Under the pieces are notes generated by a model that was given only the letters and a program-made list of their open reading frames with translations, made no database searches and was not told the DNA's origin. DNA of 63,313 nt, the filler included, from Phoronis australis (taxonomy: Eukaryota; Animalia; Phoronida), in assembly GCA_002633005.1 (NCBI GenBank). It is 6 parts of 6 records of this genome, joined end to end, with 100 filler letters (N's around TTAATTAATTAA, not from the genome) between each part and the next. Parts side by side here need not be neighbours in the genome. Positions count along the whole stretch, not along the records: positions 1 to 23,899 come from NMRA01000059.1; 5 more parts are not named here. One strand, given 5' to 3'. The position numbers were made by a program, and so were the translations under genes. Positions 1-13,301 of the stretch are shown here, in pieces (the stretch's first letter is position 1; every line of letters starts with the position of its first letter).

Positions 1-14
1 CCCGTAAATTAAAT

Positions 15-402
15 GGGGGAAATGTCGCCGTAAATTACGCTCGTAAAATACCTTAAGAACGTTCCAAGTTTAAACCAATCAGTGATGACCTAACATATCC
101 GACTGTTGCTGGGCAGCTCGTTCTTGCACAATCGCTGACATGGTAGCAGCAATTTGATCCGCCATGATTCAGCGCTCGTATCGTAGACAGTCCGTCAGTA
201 AATAAGAATGTTTATAAGCGCGCGCGATCGTGGATTGTAAAACCCAACGTCATTGGCTAAGAGTTTAAACTAAATTACGAGCGTAATTTTACGCCGTAAA
301 GAATTAAATTACGCTCGTAATTTTACGGCGTAATTAACGGCGTAAAAGAACGGCATAATGTACACAATTACGCTCGTATTTTTCCGGCGACACTTTCCCC
401 CC
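15..402. mobile_element. MITE-like foldback element
   Basis: GGGGGAAATGTCGCCG at the left and CGGCGACACTTTCCCCC at the right form an imperfect inverted repeat. Multiple internal TTACGCTCGTAA / TTACGAGCGTAA copies. Confidence 0.6.
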
Positions 403-703
403 AACGGCCCATCATAGACAACAAGTACATGCGTCCGTATGGTTGGAGCAATGGCAGTTTTAAAACTCACAACTTCATTTTTAGCCATGACCGTTGATGA
501 AATAACATTTGGCTCCTACTCAAATGTCCCACATAAGCCTACACTGTAGGTTGCAAAAGTAGGCGCAGCTACACAATTAAATACACGCGTTCAACTGTGG
601 GGTTATAATTTCTAAGCGTACCAGCTACCGAAAGTGAACGCGAAAGGTCTGAAGTGAGTGCTCGTGGCGCTCTCTCTAGTTTGATTTGGCTTCACACGCC
701 ATC

Positions 704-855
704 AATGGCGCATTTAGGGGGGGGGGGGGNGGCCATGCTCATCCTAAAATCCTTCCAGACTCCATTTGGCAGTTCAGGGGTGCAAAAGTCTGACGGGCAA
801 AATCCTGGCTAATACTCTGCCCTGCCCCCCACTCAAAATCCTGGATCCGCCCCTG
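704..855. mobile_element. hAT-like MITE (CA.TGGCGGA...TCCGCCCCTG family)
   Basis: Same internal sequence (CTGACGGGCAAAATCCTG...CAAAATCCTGGATCCGCC) as the copies at 6499, 10070 and 45321. Confidence 0.75.
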
Positions 856-1643
856 ATCATAGACGCCAAAGAGCGTGAGACCTGAATACCAATTTACTTT
901 TTGAACAGGCTTCAAGTCTAATTCCATACCTAATTCAGGACGATTTGCTAACGCTGCTCACGTGCTTTAAAACGCTTGCGCTGTATAGAAAATTAAATGC
1001 CATGTACTAGTCGGAGCATTTACTGATAACATTTACTGATTCAGTGGAAAAAGACATGCGTATCTGTATGTAAATGAACACACAAATTGAAAAATATGAT
1101 CGTTTTCGTGGAAACCATATCCACTGTTTAAAAAAATTAAAATAATTGTAAAATAAAACAAACACAAGGGTTTTAGTCACGAAATGTTTATAATTTAGTG
1201 CTATCTTTGCACAAACGAGACTCATCACGTGTTCTCAATTGGTGAATGTAAAGGGTTAAAAAGTATTTTTAAGCGAGCCTCACAGAAGATGTCATCGGTT
1301 TATGACTTTCACGGCTTCTAGCCTTCGTCGACTTCGTGTTTATGATCACATGACTCCTAATAGTTTCCATCAGCCATAAGCAGTATTATGCATGATTGAT
1401 GGGGAAAACCCGCTACGTCGTCACGAATGTATATCAAATGACGACCGATGAATTTGGCACTGCGTCTATTTAAAGAACGTTGCGGTAGCTTTTCCTGCAA
1501 ATTTCCCCATAACCGTTAACGTACGCGAGTTTTTTTTTATAAAATTCCCAAAGAAAACTGTATAAAGTCTCAACGCCAAATTCAGTTGAAGAATTGTCCA
1601 ACAACACTAATAATAACAACTCTAACAGTTGTGACGAGACAAA

Positions 1644-1680
1644 ATGAGCAGAAGACTCGTGAATCCTAGACGTCAGCAAG
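1644..1680 (+). CDS. Unknown small Cys/His/Trp-repeat protein, exon 1
   Basis: aaaATG context, MSRRLVNPRRQQ, strong donor AAG|GTAAGA, phase 1. Confidence 0.65.
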
Positions 1681-2473
1681 GTAAGACGCCTTTTTTACTG
1701 AAAACGTATTTTCTGTTGGTTAATGAAGGCTTTGAAAATGCCTCTGAAATAGTTACAGGTTGTTAGCATTAACACCGTTTTGCTTGTCTGGTTTGAGGGT
1801 CCACACACCCCACCCAAATAGCACCGAAAGGAACTTTCTACACGTCACGTCTTACTAGGGCTTTCTCGAATTGGATGCGTAAACGGGAAATGTCCGTCAC
1901 AATAAGCGTTTTTTCACTCCCGACACAGACTATGTGTCAAATAATTGTTATTCTCTCCAAACGAGTAAATAGATGTACACCTCGGGTTATATGGGTTCAA
2001 AACAAAACTTTACAGGTTATTTTTTTTCACAAAACCTTCCCTCAAAACTGTAGTTTTTTAAGCTAAATTTTTTAAAAAGCGGATATTTATCGTAGTTATT
2101 TTCTAAAATGGTGTTTGCCATAATTTTGACCCTGTTCCGTGGTGAAAACTGGTAATATGAGAGATCTTCGTAAGTGACCAGTACTAAATTTCCGAAGATC
2201 AAACAGTAGTCGTGTACGCATTCACTTTCTTAAAAGTTAACATAATGCAACTGGAAAAGTGAGTATAGAACAGTAATTGACTGAAGTCAACGAATAAGAA
2301 TGGTAAACTATTAAATCCTCCATATTTGGAACACAAGAACAGATTATGTATAGATTAGTGCTGACATTGATGAGCCCATTAACTTGAACGTAGTTGAAGC
2401 GCGTTTGAGAACACGGGTTCAAAATTACATGTCTAAACTCAAACGTAAGTAACCCCATTACTTATTTTTTCAG

Positions 2474-2724
2474 ATGTTTGCTACCCCAGTCCTCGTTTAA
2501 GCCTACCAAAAAACGGTACATGGGAAGTACACACAAGTAATGAGTGTAAATGGTTGAGGCAGCGTCATTCTAACAATTGGATTCGACGCTGTTACTGCCA
2601 TAGCAACTCAAACGGCTTCGTTGACCACCATGGAAGTCATGATTGTATTTGGTTTAAACGGGATTATCTTGGAGAACATTATTTCATTCGTCGTTGTTTA
2701 TGTGGAAGCACGTTCTTTGGCTAG
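2474..2724 (+). CDS. Unknown small Cys/His/Trp-repeat protein, exon 2 (95 aa total)
   Basis: Acceptor ttattttttcag, phase 1, open for 83 codons to TAG. Internal protein repeat HTSNECKW...WIRRCYC / HGSHDCIW...FIRRCLC. AATAAA at 3078. Confidence 0.7.
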
Positions 2725-5239
2725 GAAGCAAAACTTCAAGAGAGGAGTCAGTCACTCAGTCAGCACTTGAGTATATGGGACGAATCGTTTCTGAAACGTT
2801 TTTGTACACTTTTCGTAAAGCACTGCAGTATGTTTTTAACTGTCAATGAATCTTACTAACATATGGATTTCCGTGTTTCATCTGACAAGAGTTTGACCAC
2901 TGCATTTTGGCGAATTCAGTTATTTGTTCTTAATGTGACCTGTGGCAATTACTACGTTACCCTACCATATATGTAAGTCACATCCAAGAAACGTCAATAC
3001 ATACAAATTGGTTAACATATATTATACCTTTTTACTCATCAGTAATAGTGAACAACAGCGCTTAGAAAATCATTATCAATAAACCTCATAACTACAGTAT
3101 ATGTAGTTTATAGTTCGCATTTCACGTAGTGACTAATTTGTCTTCATATGTTTTTATAAATAAATCGCGAAATCGAGAAATATGTGCGTTCAAGCGAATA
3201 TCTGTCCCTATGCTAAGAGTTCTGCGGTTCTACGGCAAAGCAACGCAGATCGTGATAAACCCTTACCATACAATGTTAACCAAGCAGATGTTATTCTCGA
3301 GCGTGCCAGACGTCTCCAGCTAAATAACCGGAGACAAACGTCAAAAAGAAAGAAATCAATAAACTCATAGTGATTCGTAAGGCATGGGCCAAGTACTTGA
3401 CGGGCAACCGAGAAAGCATGGGATACGAGGCATGCCAAGGGTGTATGAAGGTTCTACCTCAACAAAGTTTCAGAATTTATTCTTGTTAACGAGAAATCTG
3501 AATCTGGTTCATTCCAGCTTAAACTCCAATTCAAAATAGCAAAATTCCTTATTAACGAGTACCATTTCATGTACATGTACTTTAATCCATGACATATTAG
3601 TCCGTTAAGCGTGCATACTGTACACGGTGATTAAAAGAATCACACTCCCCACAGTCTGATAAAGATGCCTAGAGTCAAGCCTATCTATAGAGATACAGAT
3701 AATTTCATCCCTGCTTAACCAACATTGACATACATGTACTAGAACATACTGATGTACCAGGATTACGCACGCCTCCAATTATATAAATTGATTGTTTTCT
3801 ACTTTATGGATGATATCGAGTAAAGATAGGGGAATGTTTCGACATGTATATACCCCTATTCAAATCTGGTCCGATAACGTTTTGTAAACTACAGCACGTA
3901 ACCTTTTCGTTTTGGCGGCGAAAATGCATGAGACCAGCAACATTTTGAAGACGTGATTAGACCGTGCATTTCTATTGCTAATTGTGGGTACAGATCGCTC
4001 CATATAATATTGGTGACAGATACGTAATCGCTAAACATCCGAATGCTTAACCCTCTTACACGAAGTACAAGCTCCAAGAATTTCCGTAAGCGAACCTTGG
4101 ACAGCAATTAGTTACCTTCAGATGCAAAACACTGACACCAAACACAAATCTTTCTAGATAACGCAATGCGTGCTGTGAACTTGAATTGCGTGCTGTGTAA
4201 AACTTCGGTTTCCGTCATTAGTACGAAATGAAGATTTGAAGTGAACACCAACTTTTAAATCCTGACATAAAAATCACATTCTCCTAAAGGAAAATTGAAA
4301 GATTTAGATACAATTTAAATAGAAAACGTTCAAAATATAGGTAAAAACGGTAAAGAAAACTTAGAGGCTGATATTAATTTACATGAATTAATTTTGAAAA
4401 CATGAGAAAAGGCAAAAGTACAGAAACTTATGGTTTTAGCGTTGAGTTAAAAAGATTTTTGCAAAGAAATGTCGAATTTTGTGATTGGATCTTTAAATGA
4501 AAATAATTCTCTTCCAGTCTCATAGTTTCAGGGGGTTATTGAATTTTTACCCAAATCTGGAAAACCCAAGCGAATTCCTAAAAAAATGGAGACCTATCTA
4601 TTTGCTGAATATAAATCATAAAATTTTATCTTCGTGCATTGAACGAAAAACTGATCCATGCTAGTCATAGTAAAAACTTTTAAAAGGCAAATCATACGTC
4701 ACGCCAATGACAGCAGCGTGACTATTGAATGCTTGTCGAAACATACAATGTACAACTAAAAATGTAAAGAATGACGGGACGATGTTATAAATAATTTCAA
4801 CGCACAGTTCAAGCACTTCTCTACTCAGTACTCCCAGTAGGGGGGATCGGTGCGGGACGTCTCTCAGAGGAGTTATTTTTGACGACCAGTTTTCGTACAA
4901 GAAAAAGCGCCTTTTCTGATTGCCAATTACACAAATTTATAGACGAGATTTTAATATTATCTAATTTTAAAATCGTTTGGACAATTGCCGGGGAACTCAT
5001 CATTTTCGATAGCATGGCGTTTATTCTAGTATAGATTCGGCCGACGTGTACGTGCTCCGAGCACCAGCGTTAACTTTTGTGATTATGTGTCACATATAAT
5101 ATAAAAAATAATTGCAGGCGGTCTGATACACGCTGTATCAGACGTGCGCAGGCCTCGCATGTGGGCCCTTTGCATTGATCACCTGGAAATATTTTTATGC
5201 TTTACTGATATATGGTTAAAACTGAGCTGAGGAGCTAGA

Positions 5240-5337
5240 AACCTTGCTCAAGGGTTTAGCAGTGTGTCCTGGTGGGACTCGAACCCACGACCTCGAGTAA
5301 AGAAATTGGGCACTTATCAACCAGGCCACACTGCCTC
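5240..5337 (-). mobile_element. tRNA-derived SINE head
   Basis: Minus strand: A-box TGGCCTGGTTG, B-box GGTTCGAGTCC, then CCCTTGAGCAAGG, which resembles the conserved SINE central-domain motif. Confidence 0.65.
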
Positions 5338-5714
5338 CTCATGTGTCACACATCGTAACACCTCAGATTTGTACAATTCTCGCTGTCGTCAAGGGACCTG
5401 TAAGCAAATCTGACCAAAAAGATCTTATTGCGAGGAGGAAAGCAATGTAACGGCATAAGCGATAACTTCACGGCAATAAAACCCTGACATTGCGAATTCG
5501 AAAACGGGGCAAGCAGGCCCATGAGTTGCCTTTCTACCATCTGTCACAACGCTACTTATATGGGAATGAGGCCCCGTGATATGATGAACGACGGACGTTG
5601 TGAGCATCAGCGTGCATGTCTTGGTTTGCCGTGTGTCGTTTGTACATGGTACGCGTATACACTCTAACAGCATAGTGAGATAGTTACGGTTGTTTTTGTC
5701 TGACGCCTACACAT

Positions 5715-6425
5715 AGTGTACCTAATTATCGGACGGAACCTAAATATCGGACATTTCGTAGAATCCTACTTAAAGCATAATCTGAGAATTAAATGACACC
5801 AATTTTTGTTCCGTTGTTTTGCATTCAAAGTCCGGCACCGTCTCGTTTTTTTACAGCGTTGCCTCGTTTTGATTTCACCGAGAGGGTGCAATTTAGCCTG
5901 GGCCCCCAATTAAGTCGGCCTAAATGGACGATCGCATAAATCGGTTATAAAAGTTGAAAATAAAATCTTTTTCCACAGTGAGTTCATTGCACGTGCTTTA
6001 GTCGTCTGCACTAATTCATCGAAACGACTTGGCGCCGTCATCAGATTTCATTTTATGGATAATTTTGTTGCGAATGGACCTGTGTTCTAGCAGCATAAAT
6101 GTCAAAACACTTGAGCTGAAATTTGACTACAAGGTGCCCGCGGCCATTACGTGGTTAGTCAGTTTTCCGCGGTGTGGCGTATGGGGAAAGGCGTATGGGG
6201 AAACATGGTGTCCGATACTTAGGTTCTCCGAAGGTTTGCTTGTTGTGTGTTTTAAAGATCAGTCGGAACATAAATATGGCTTTCAGTGACAAGATATAGT
6301 AACAGAACAATTCCGTGAAGGTAAGTCTTTATTTCAGCAAAGAATTTACAACAATCCGTAGTATTTTCAGTTAAATATAATGCGAAATGTGCCAAAACGT
6401 CCGATAATCAGGTCACTTCACTGTA
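5715..6425. mobile_element. Tc1/pogo-like non-autonomous DNA element
   Basis: Left ACCTAATTATCGGACG and right CGTCCGATAATCAGGT form inverted ends, finishing ...CACTG-TA. Confidence 0.6.
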
Positions 6426-6498
6426 GTACTCTTGTCCCAGTCAGAAAACATGAACTTGGAAGGAATGCATCTATTTAGCCACAAAGGCACTTCTTAAC

Positions 6499-6630
6499 CA
6501 GGGGCGGATCCAGGATTTTGAGTTGGGGTGGGGGGGGGGGGGGGGGNGAGCAGAGCATTAGCCACCATTTTGCCGGTCAGACATTCACACCTCCGAACTG
6601 CCAAATGGAATCTGAGAGGATCCAGCACTG
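6499..6630. mobile_element. hAT-like MITE with 5-bp TSD TTAAC
   Basis: CAGGGGCGGATCC...GGATCCAGCACTG flanked by TTAAC on both sides. Confidence 0.8.
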
Positions 6631-6967
6631 TTAACACATAGAGCAGTCTCAGTATTGATGCACACCAACTTATCAAAATGTTTGAATGTTTTCAGTTAAC
6701 CAAAAGAAACCATGTTACATGATCATAGTGACTTAGAGTCGGTAACAGAAATCAGTGGGATCCTATTATTATAAACAGGAGACCAATTTAATGAGAATAA
6801 AATGCATAATTCCATAGTTCCTGTCTGGTCAAGTTCAGCATTAACTTATTTCATGAACCAATCATTTGAAATCAGATCACATCATGACAGAACAAATAAA
6901 GATCTGGCAATATATTGTCAATCACATCATCATCATTTTTGTCAGCCTTGCCATCCTCCACGAGAAC

Positions 6968-7172
6968 AGTATTGTCACAGTATTCCCATCTCACATCAAC
7001 AGTGTTGTCATAGTAGTCCCATCTCACATCAACAGTGTTGTCATAGTAGTCCCATCTCACATCAACAGTGTTGTCATAGTAGTCCCATCTCACATCAACA
7101 GTGTTGTCATAGTAGTCCCATCTCACATCAACATTGTTGTCATTGTCATCATCTCATATCAACAGTGTTGTC
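6968..7172. repeat. 33-bp minisatellite (~6 copies)
   Basis: Unit CCCATCTCACATCAACAGTGTTGTCATAGTAGT. Confidence 0.95.
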
Positions 7173-7797
7173 AAATTGTGCAAAAACAGTTCAAGGAGAA
7201 CTTGGAACAGTTGCAACAACTTTCATGCACAACAGCCTGCCTCCCATCTTTGATGGGCTTTTTCTGTGCATACAAAAAGGAAACGGCACAAGCTTTCAAT
7301 CTTAAACACAAGGAAGTGCTTTCCATAACTCTAGTCATTCATGTGACACTTGCAACAAGATATCTGCATTCAGGAATGGAAAAAGTAATTTATTCCCACA
7401 ACGCAACATTCCAGCAACCTACCAGTCCAATCATGCCAGTGGCAGCCATTTTGTATGCTGTTAAGGTTACAAACTTACTAACTGGTGTGATCTCACCAAA
7501 CTTACAAAATATCCTGGAATTATGTAATGCTCACCAGCACTGTGCAGTCTGTTGCCAGTAGCATTTCACTTGTCACCGCCTCAATAATTATGTCAGATAG
7601 TTGATGAGATATGCCTCAACATTAAGTCTCATGCAAAGTTTGACAAGCCCACGGTGTTTTACTTAAGACATAATTTTGGTCCAATGTGTTCGAGATTCAG
7701 TACATGTGTACTGCGCAATCATCCTGGCATGTCACACCATTGAGTCCAATGCAAACTCAACAAAAGCTACAGTCGACACTGCATTCTGCTCCAAACA

Positions 7798-7878
7798 TCA
7801 AATGTACAGCATGCTGCCAGAGGACTGTTGCTCAACCAGGGTCAACATACACTTGAATGCCTTGTCATAATCGACGTT
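7798..7878 (-). CDS. PSMG1: PSMG1 terminal coding exon 6
   Basis: Acceptor attttcag; encodes NVDYDKAFKCMLTLVEQQSSGSMLYI*, ending in the HbYX motif (LYI) expected of PAC1. Spliced CDS is 840 nt = 279 aa. Minus-strand AATAAA at 7389-7394. Confidence 0.88.
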   Translation of the reverse strand, partial: NVDYDKAFKCMLTLVEQQSSGSMLYI

Positions 7879-9219
7879 CTGAAAATATATAGACTCGTTC
7901 AGATGACGACAACGCCACACAGAGAAAAATCAAGAAGGCGGGTTGCCGGTCGAAATATCTCACCAATGACTTTCAGTTCAGTCTTGAGTACAGACTTAAG
8001 ATACTTGACTGTAAATCTCACTTGATAACTGACCAAACTTTTTTGTTATTTAATTGATAGACGTTGGTCTTATTTTTCAAAGTATGTCTGGCAGGCCACA
8101 GTGAGAGTTGGGGGATTCATAATAAAACCACAAAACACTATGGATGTTGTTGTTTTATAGCTCTAGTTAAAGCTAATGACTTCAAGACGTCTATTCCATC
8201 CCATAATAATCTAAAAATGTGTTTTTCGGCCCACTCGGAATGTTAGTCGTTTCAATGTATTACATAAAGATATATGATTAGATGGTAAAGAAATATTCAA
8301 GACCATTTTGTAGAGTTACAGGCCTCGCTTCAATTTCAATTTTTAACAGCCAGACTCTGAGGAAATGCAACCTCAAATAACAGTGTCAGAGAACAGATTC
8401 ACGTAAATGATAAATCGAAATTTGTCACATCTCAAAATGTTCAAAATGTAACGGGGGTGTCTCAATAGGGCCATCCTGAAGGTAAGAAAACAAGTTTCTT
8501 ACGTTGGCCTAGATTGGAAACGTCAGGAACATTTTCACAGGTCATGTCGGAAAAACTGAGCCTCAAGTTTATCTAACTTTCTCCCATTGGAGTTGCTGCT
8601 CTCAGCTGACCAGTAATACTTTACTGGCATTGGACGGTGAATGAGACTAACGTCCCCCAACAAACATTTACAAAGAATACGACAATAGATAACGTGTGTA
8701 CCCCTGAAGGTGTGAAAATGATGCTACAGAAGTGCTTGACGAACATTGCTGGTAAAAGCATCAACAATCGAGTCGCTCTGTGTAATCTGGGATAGTCTTA
8801 TTTTCACAGATTTTTGGAAGCTTTTTGCATAATTCGTACATTAACTTTGCTTTTGTAATATGTGAGACAAAATCTTGGTCAGTGATAACAATGAATTCCA
8901 AACTTAATAATTCCTGAAAGAAGGAACCACTACCTTATGCAGCACAAAATAACTGTAAACCCAGCAAAACATTAACACTAGCTAACAAGTAATTGGCTCA
9001 CGCTTTGTCATGACAGAATTCTCAACAACACACAAAATGTCACAGAATTTTAGACAAGCAAGTTTTGTCACAGGGTGTTGCCCTGTCATAGGGGTAACCT
9101 TCTCTGTAATGCCATTGTACCACACTATAAAACTAACAACATGTTTGAAAATAATTTTAGCAAAACTAGACATACCGAGTAATGTGAATGACCACACCAT
9201 GACCATATACTCAACGTAC

Positions 9220-9356
9220 CTGTACGATGTCTCTTATTGGGGTACAGCTTAAAACTGAACAGAAAGACTTCATAGTAGTGATATCCAGATGTAACACATC
9301 AGTAAAGCATAGGAACAGCACCGCAGGAAGGCTGTGCATTTGGCAGTGGGTTAGAA
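9220..9356 (-). CDS. PSMG1: PSMG1 coding exon 5
   Basis: Encodes VLTHCQMHSLPAVLFLCFTDVLHLDITTMKSF... (cf. PAC1 VLSYCQVWKIPAILYLCYTDVMKLD). Acceptor ttgtttcag, donor GTACGT. Confidence 0.95.
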
Positions 9357-10069
9357 CTGAAACAAAAATGAAAGAAAGTGCAATTCATTGCGGTCTTTAA
9401 AAGAATCTTGACTGTCATGGGCAAAAATGCACACATTGCCACCTGAAAGAATTGAAATAAAACAAACAATAGCCATGGTCCATGACATGATAAAATATGC
9501 TTCGTCCCTAGAAAACTACAGTGTAGTTGGTGGACACTCAGCATTCTGCATTCTTGAATAGATATAACACAACAGTATATTTCCACTGAGACGAATGTCT
9601 TTCATAAATCATAACATCAAATTGCCACTGTTTCACAGTGGGACAAATGATTCATACAAAATATCCATCAATGAAAGAAATTCTGTGTTTCATCACTGTC
9701 AACAACACTAGTATTCAGGGCCCTTGATCCCTCGAAATTGGGGCTGAATATCGGCTCATTCCCTTCTCAAAAGTGTTAAACAATCATGCAAAACTCCATC
9801 AGGTCAAAAAATTCCCCTCTGAATGAACAAAAATTCATCTCATGGTGTTAACCTCAAAAAACTTTAAAAAGAATCGTATTCAGAGTGTCATAAAAAGCAT
9901 TGCAATAAATAAACATCACAAGCAACGCGGGTGGTGATTAAAATGTCAAATAGGTTGCCACAACGTAAATATTATTTCAATTTAAATTACGATAATTAAC
10001 TGCATTTTGTCAATAAGGATTTCGTTGTTATGTTCTGTACCACTTTGAAATCTTCCTAAATACAGTCCC

Positions 10070-10242
10070 CACTGGCGGATTTAGAGGGGGCCAAGGGGGT
10101 CATGCCCACCCCCCTTAAAATTCTCCCAGATTCCATTTGACAGTGCGGGGGTGTGAATGTCTGACGGGCAAAATCCTGAGTAATATTCTGCCCTGCCCCC
10201 CCCCCCNCCCCCCCCCAACTCAAAATCCTAGATCCGCCCCTA
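10070..10242. mobile_element. hAT-like MITE, same family, in PSMG1 intron
   Basis: CACTGGCGGATTTAGAGGGGGCC...GATCCGCCCCTA; strongly similar to 704-855. Confidence 0.75.
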
Positions 10243-10341
10243 GCCCCCTTGACATGTACAACTTGCAGCTGCTTCAAACCATCACATTTTAACTAAAATC
10301 CCATCTTGCATTCACATCTAACAACTGAGGTACGTACTAAC

Positions 10342-10540
10342 CTTGAGCAAGAAGACCTTTCACTGTATTAGGTTGTTCAAGGTATTTGATGCTCGGCTGA
10401 CCATGGAATGTTTTTGTTTTTAAAGAGCGCAAGAATGGCACAGGCAAGTCAGAGCTGCAGGTCTCACTGACAAATTCTGCAACTGGACTGGTTCCAAGGA
10501 TGGCAACGTAGCAGTTAGTTGTGTTAATGCCATTGAACAG
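10342..10540 (-). CDS. PSMG1: PSMG1 coding exon 4
   Basis: Encodes LFNGINTTNCYVAILGTSPVAEF...LPVPFLRSLKTKTF...LEQPNTVKGLLAQ, with the PAC1 hallmarks LPxPFLRxLKT and LEQPN. Acceptor ttctttag, donor GTTAGT. Confidence 0.95.
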
Positions 10541-11966
10541 CTAAAGAAGAATAGAAGAACAGAACATAATATTTGTGACATTTGAAGCAACAATGACATA
10601 GAGTCACATTACATAATGCATCTTGTCTATGTCATACAGTATATCAGTTACATCTGTACAAGTATGCACTGTTGCAAGTATGTGATTGCATCATTAATGT
10701 CTGCTCAAGTATGTATAAATATGCAGAAGTGTACAACTACATGTGTATGTTACTTCCCTTTACGACATCTGCAGAATGACTACAGACACCACTAAAGGGG
10801 GGGGGGGGGGNAAGGGGGGGGGGGGGGTTACAGTCATTCAGAACCAGGGACTTGTTTCTTCAAGTTAGACTATTAGCTTTTGTTTTTTGACTTTATCCAA
10901 AATTTAGAAATGTGACTACGGATTGTCAGAAGTTGATTTTTTGTATTTTGCGTTTCTTCACACCCTTTGTCAACTTCAGAGCAGACTATGGATTTCTGTC
11001 GTTTGACTCACAAATTTTCTATCAGCCTTGGCCTGTTTTCATGACACATGCTAAGCCACTCGTTTGTTGACCAATTTGTAGCAGAAAGTTAAAAACAAAA
11101 GCCCCATAGACTCTTCGAGAAAACAGTTCTCTACACCTCAAGGCATAACCTCAAAATGCCTGTGAACATACAACATTCTAAGAACAGTCATGTGACCAAA
11201 AGATCTCCTGTAATGCAACCATAGACTTTCTTAAAAGCACGGCATATTACATTTACAAAATCAAGTTCTACAGTACAAGGAAAATAGAATACGACTGACT
11301 TTCATTGGAAATTTGTAAGTACCATGACTTTGAGAACAACACAAAAACATCTGATTATTGATGACTGCAACCGAATTGTTTACAGTAACTATCCAAGGCA
11401 CTTCAAAAAGTAAAAACAAACATTCACACGCTTACCAAAAAATTTCAGATAACCAGCAAAGCTGTGAAAGTTAAACATTTGAGCAAATTTTGTAAAGATC
11501 ATTTTTTGATCCAAAAATGGTATTCATCAGCACTTAAGCTAATGTACATTTAAGACCCTTCAAATATGTCCAACTTTGGACAACTTTGAAACATCACATC
11601 TCAGAAATGGCTGATGGGATTCACATGAAACTTACAGATACTAATCTTGCTATACTGTACTACTCATGCTATACTGTACTACTCATGCTATACTGTTCTC
11701 CATAGTGCTAAATTGTGAGAACATTAAAGTTGCAAAGAACAAAGACAAAACAATAGGAAACTATAACAGCATGTTTTCAAGAAAACAACAACGGTTTTAA
11801 AACTTGACATGTTTCGGTGTCATTAATTCAACACCATCTAAATACACACATGTACACTGTGAATATTTTCAAAAATACTCCTTTTATACATCCACTGGCC
11901 ACATACGTGTTCGGATGGGTTTTTGCAAAGATTTCCAATACAGACCTTAGACAATCACTCACACAC

Positions 11967-12181
11967 CTGTCTAGTCCAGGAGAATGACTGTTCGGGTAAT
12001 ACGGCTGTATTGCACAAGCAGACAATGATACCAGGATTATCGACGACCCTGTATATGTAGCACGTCCTGTCAGAGAAGGCATGCTGGGATAGCGAAGTCT
12101 TCTCTTTGTTCGCCATACCGCTGCATATGACACCAATAACTTCTATTCGCTTCTCTCCAATGATGTGACTCTGTGTGAAAC
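11967..12181 (-). CDS. PSMG1: PSMG1 coding exon 3
   Basis: Encodes GFTQSHIIGEKRIEVIG...CYIYRVVDNPGIIVCLCNTAVLPEQSFSWTRQ (cf. PAC1 FCVFYHLKSNPSVFLCQCSCYVAEDQQYQW). AG/GT boundaries, phases 1/0. Confidence 0.9.
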
Positions 12182-13191
12182 CTGCACAGCATAGTAATGG
12201 CCAGATGTAAGGTACAGTATGAGATATCCAAACGCGGTTATGAAACACAGCGGCTTGACTTTACTATTTAACTTTTCACTAAGATTTTTTGCACGGATCT
12301 TAACAGTTTCCATATTCCGTTAGTTGCACAAGACAGATTCCCCCACAGCTGTCCGTCTATTTCCATATTCGATTCATTAGTTTTGTCAAAATGAAGCTCA
12401 AGCACTCGACTTTTGGTAACAGTTCAAGACTTGATGCTAAATGTTCACTTGTCAAATGCGACCCGGTAAAATTCCTGTGTTGCCAAATGGAAACAGCCAA
12501 AATAAGAAAACCCATGTGTGGCAATGATGTCCTTAACTTTCTCTCTTTCAACAAAAAGAAAGAAAAAACACCGTCCGGACGTTCTTGCGTGAAGCAATAA
12601 CCCTATTTTCTCACTTGGCTGTTGGGGCAATTTCTGGTAATAGTGCGAACAGTTACACCCGCTCGGCTTCAACCAAAAGCAATTGATCAGAAAAAAATTG
12701 CTTGGGCATGCATCAGGGTTGGGTGTGTTGGATACAGCTACTTTATGCTGATCAAGTGTGACTCTTGCCTTACTTTAGGCTTTACTTTGATCGGTGACTT
12801 CATGGCAACTCGGGGATTTGACCAGGCTTCCAAACAAAATATGAGGTGGCATTGGCGACTTGCAGGTCATCAAATCGAGCCCTACTTTTTGGTAACAATT
12901 GATCATCAGCTCATCCCTAGCTCTGATGGCTCTGGCTATTTGCCCTAACCCCCATGTTCCTTTTGTCTCTAAGACCATTGTTTAATCAGCAGTAAGATTC
13001 CCTCATTTATTGTAACCTTAGCACATCTCTAGCATTGTTAACCTATTGTAATCACACGTCACTTATCAGCGACTTAGTATTTACCCCTTGTTTCTGTTCT
13101 TTCAGGTTACAATCAATGACCGTAGCTTACTGACATCAATAAACAGCAAAGAAATACTCGCGAGATATTCTCTAATTGATGGATTGCAAAC

Positions 13192-13301
13192 CTGTGGCAG
13201 CTTGGCCAACAGCAATAACAAGGACAGAACAGCAAAGGGAGTTGTTTCCAGACTTTTCCATCTCATCCCTGGCAGCGGGGGACCATCTCAAAACGGAAGA
13301 A
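13192..13301 (-). CDS. PSMG1: PSMG1 coding exon 2
   Basis: Acceptor ttgtttttag; encodes SSVLRWSPAARDEMEKSGNNSLCCSVLVIAVGQAAT (cf. PAC1 CSKFIIAIGNNAVA). Phases 2/1 fit both neighbours. Confidence 0.88.

Noticed and set aside
6802-7561. Long repetitive ORFs (167 and 231 aa, Cys/His- or Val-rich)
   Set aside because: Produced by a 33-bp minisatellite that is open in several frames on both strands; no independent sign of a gene.
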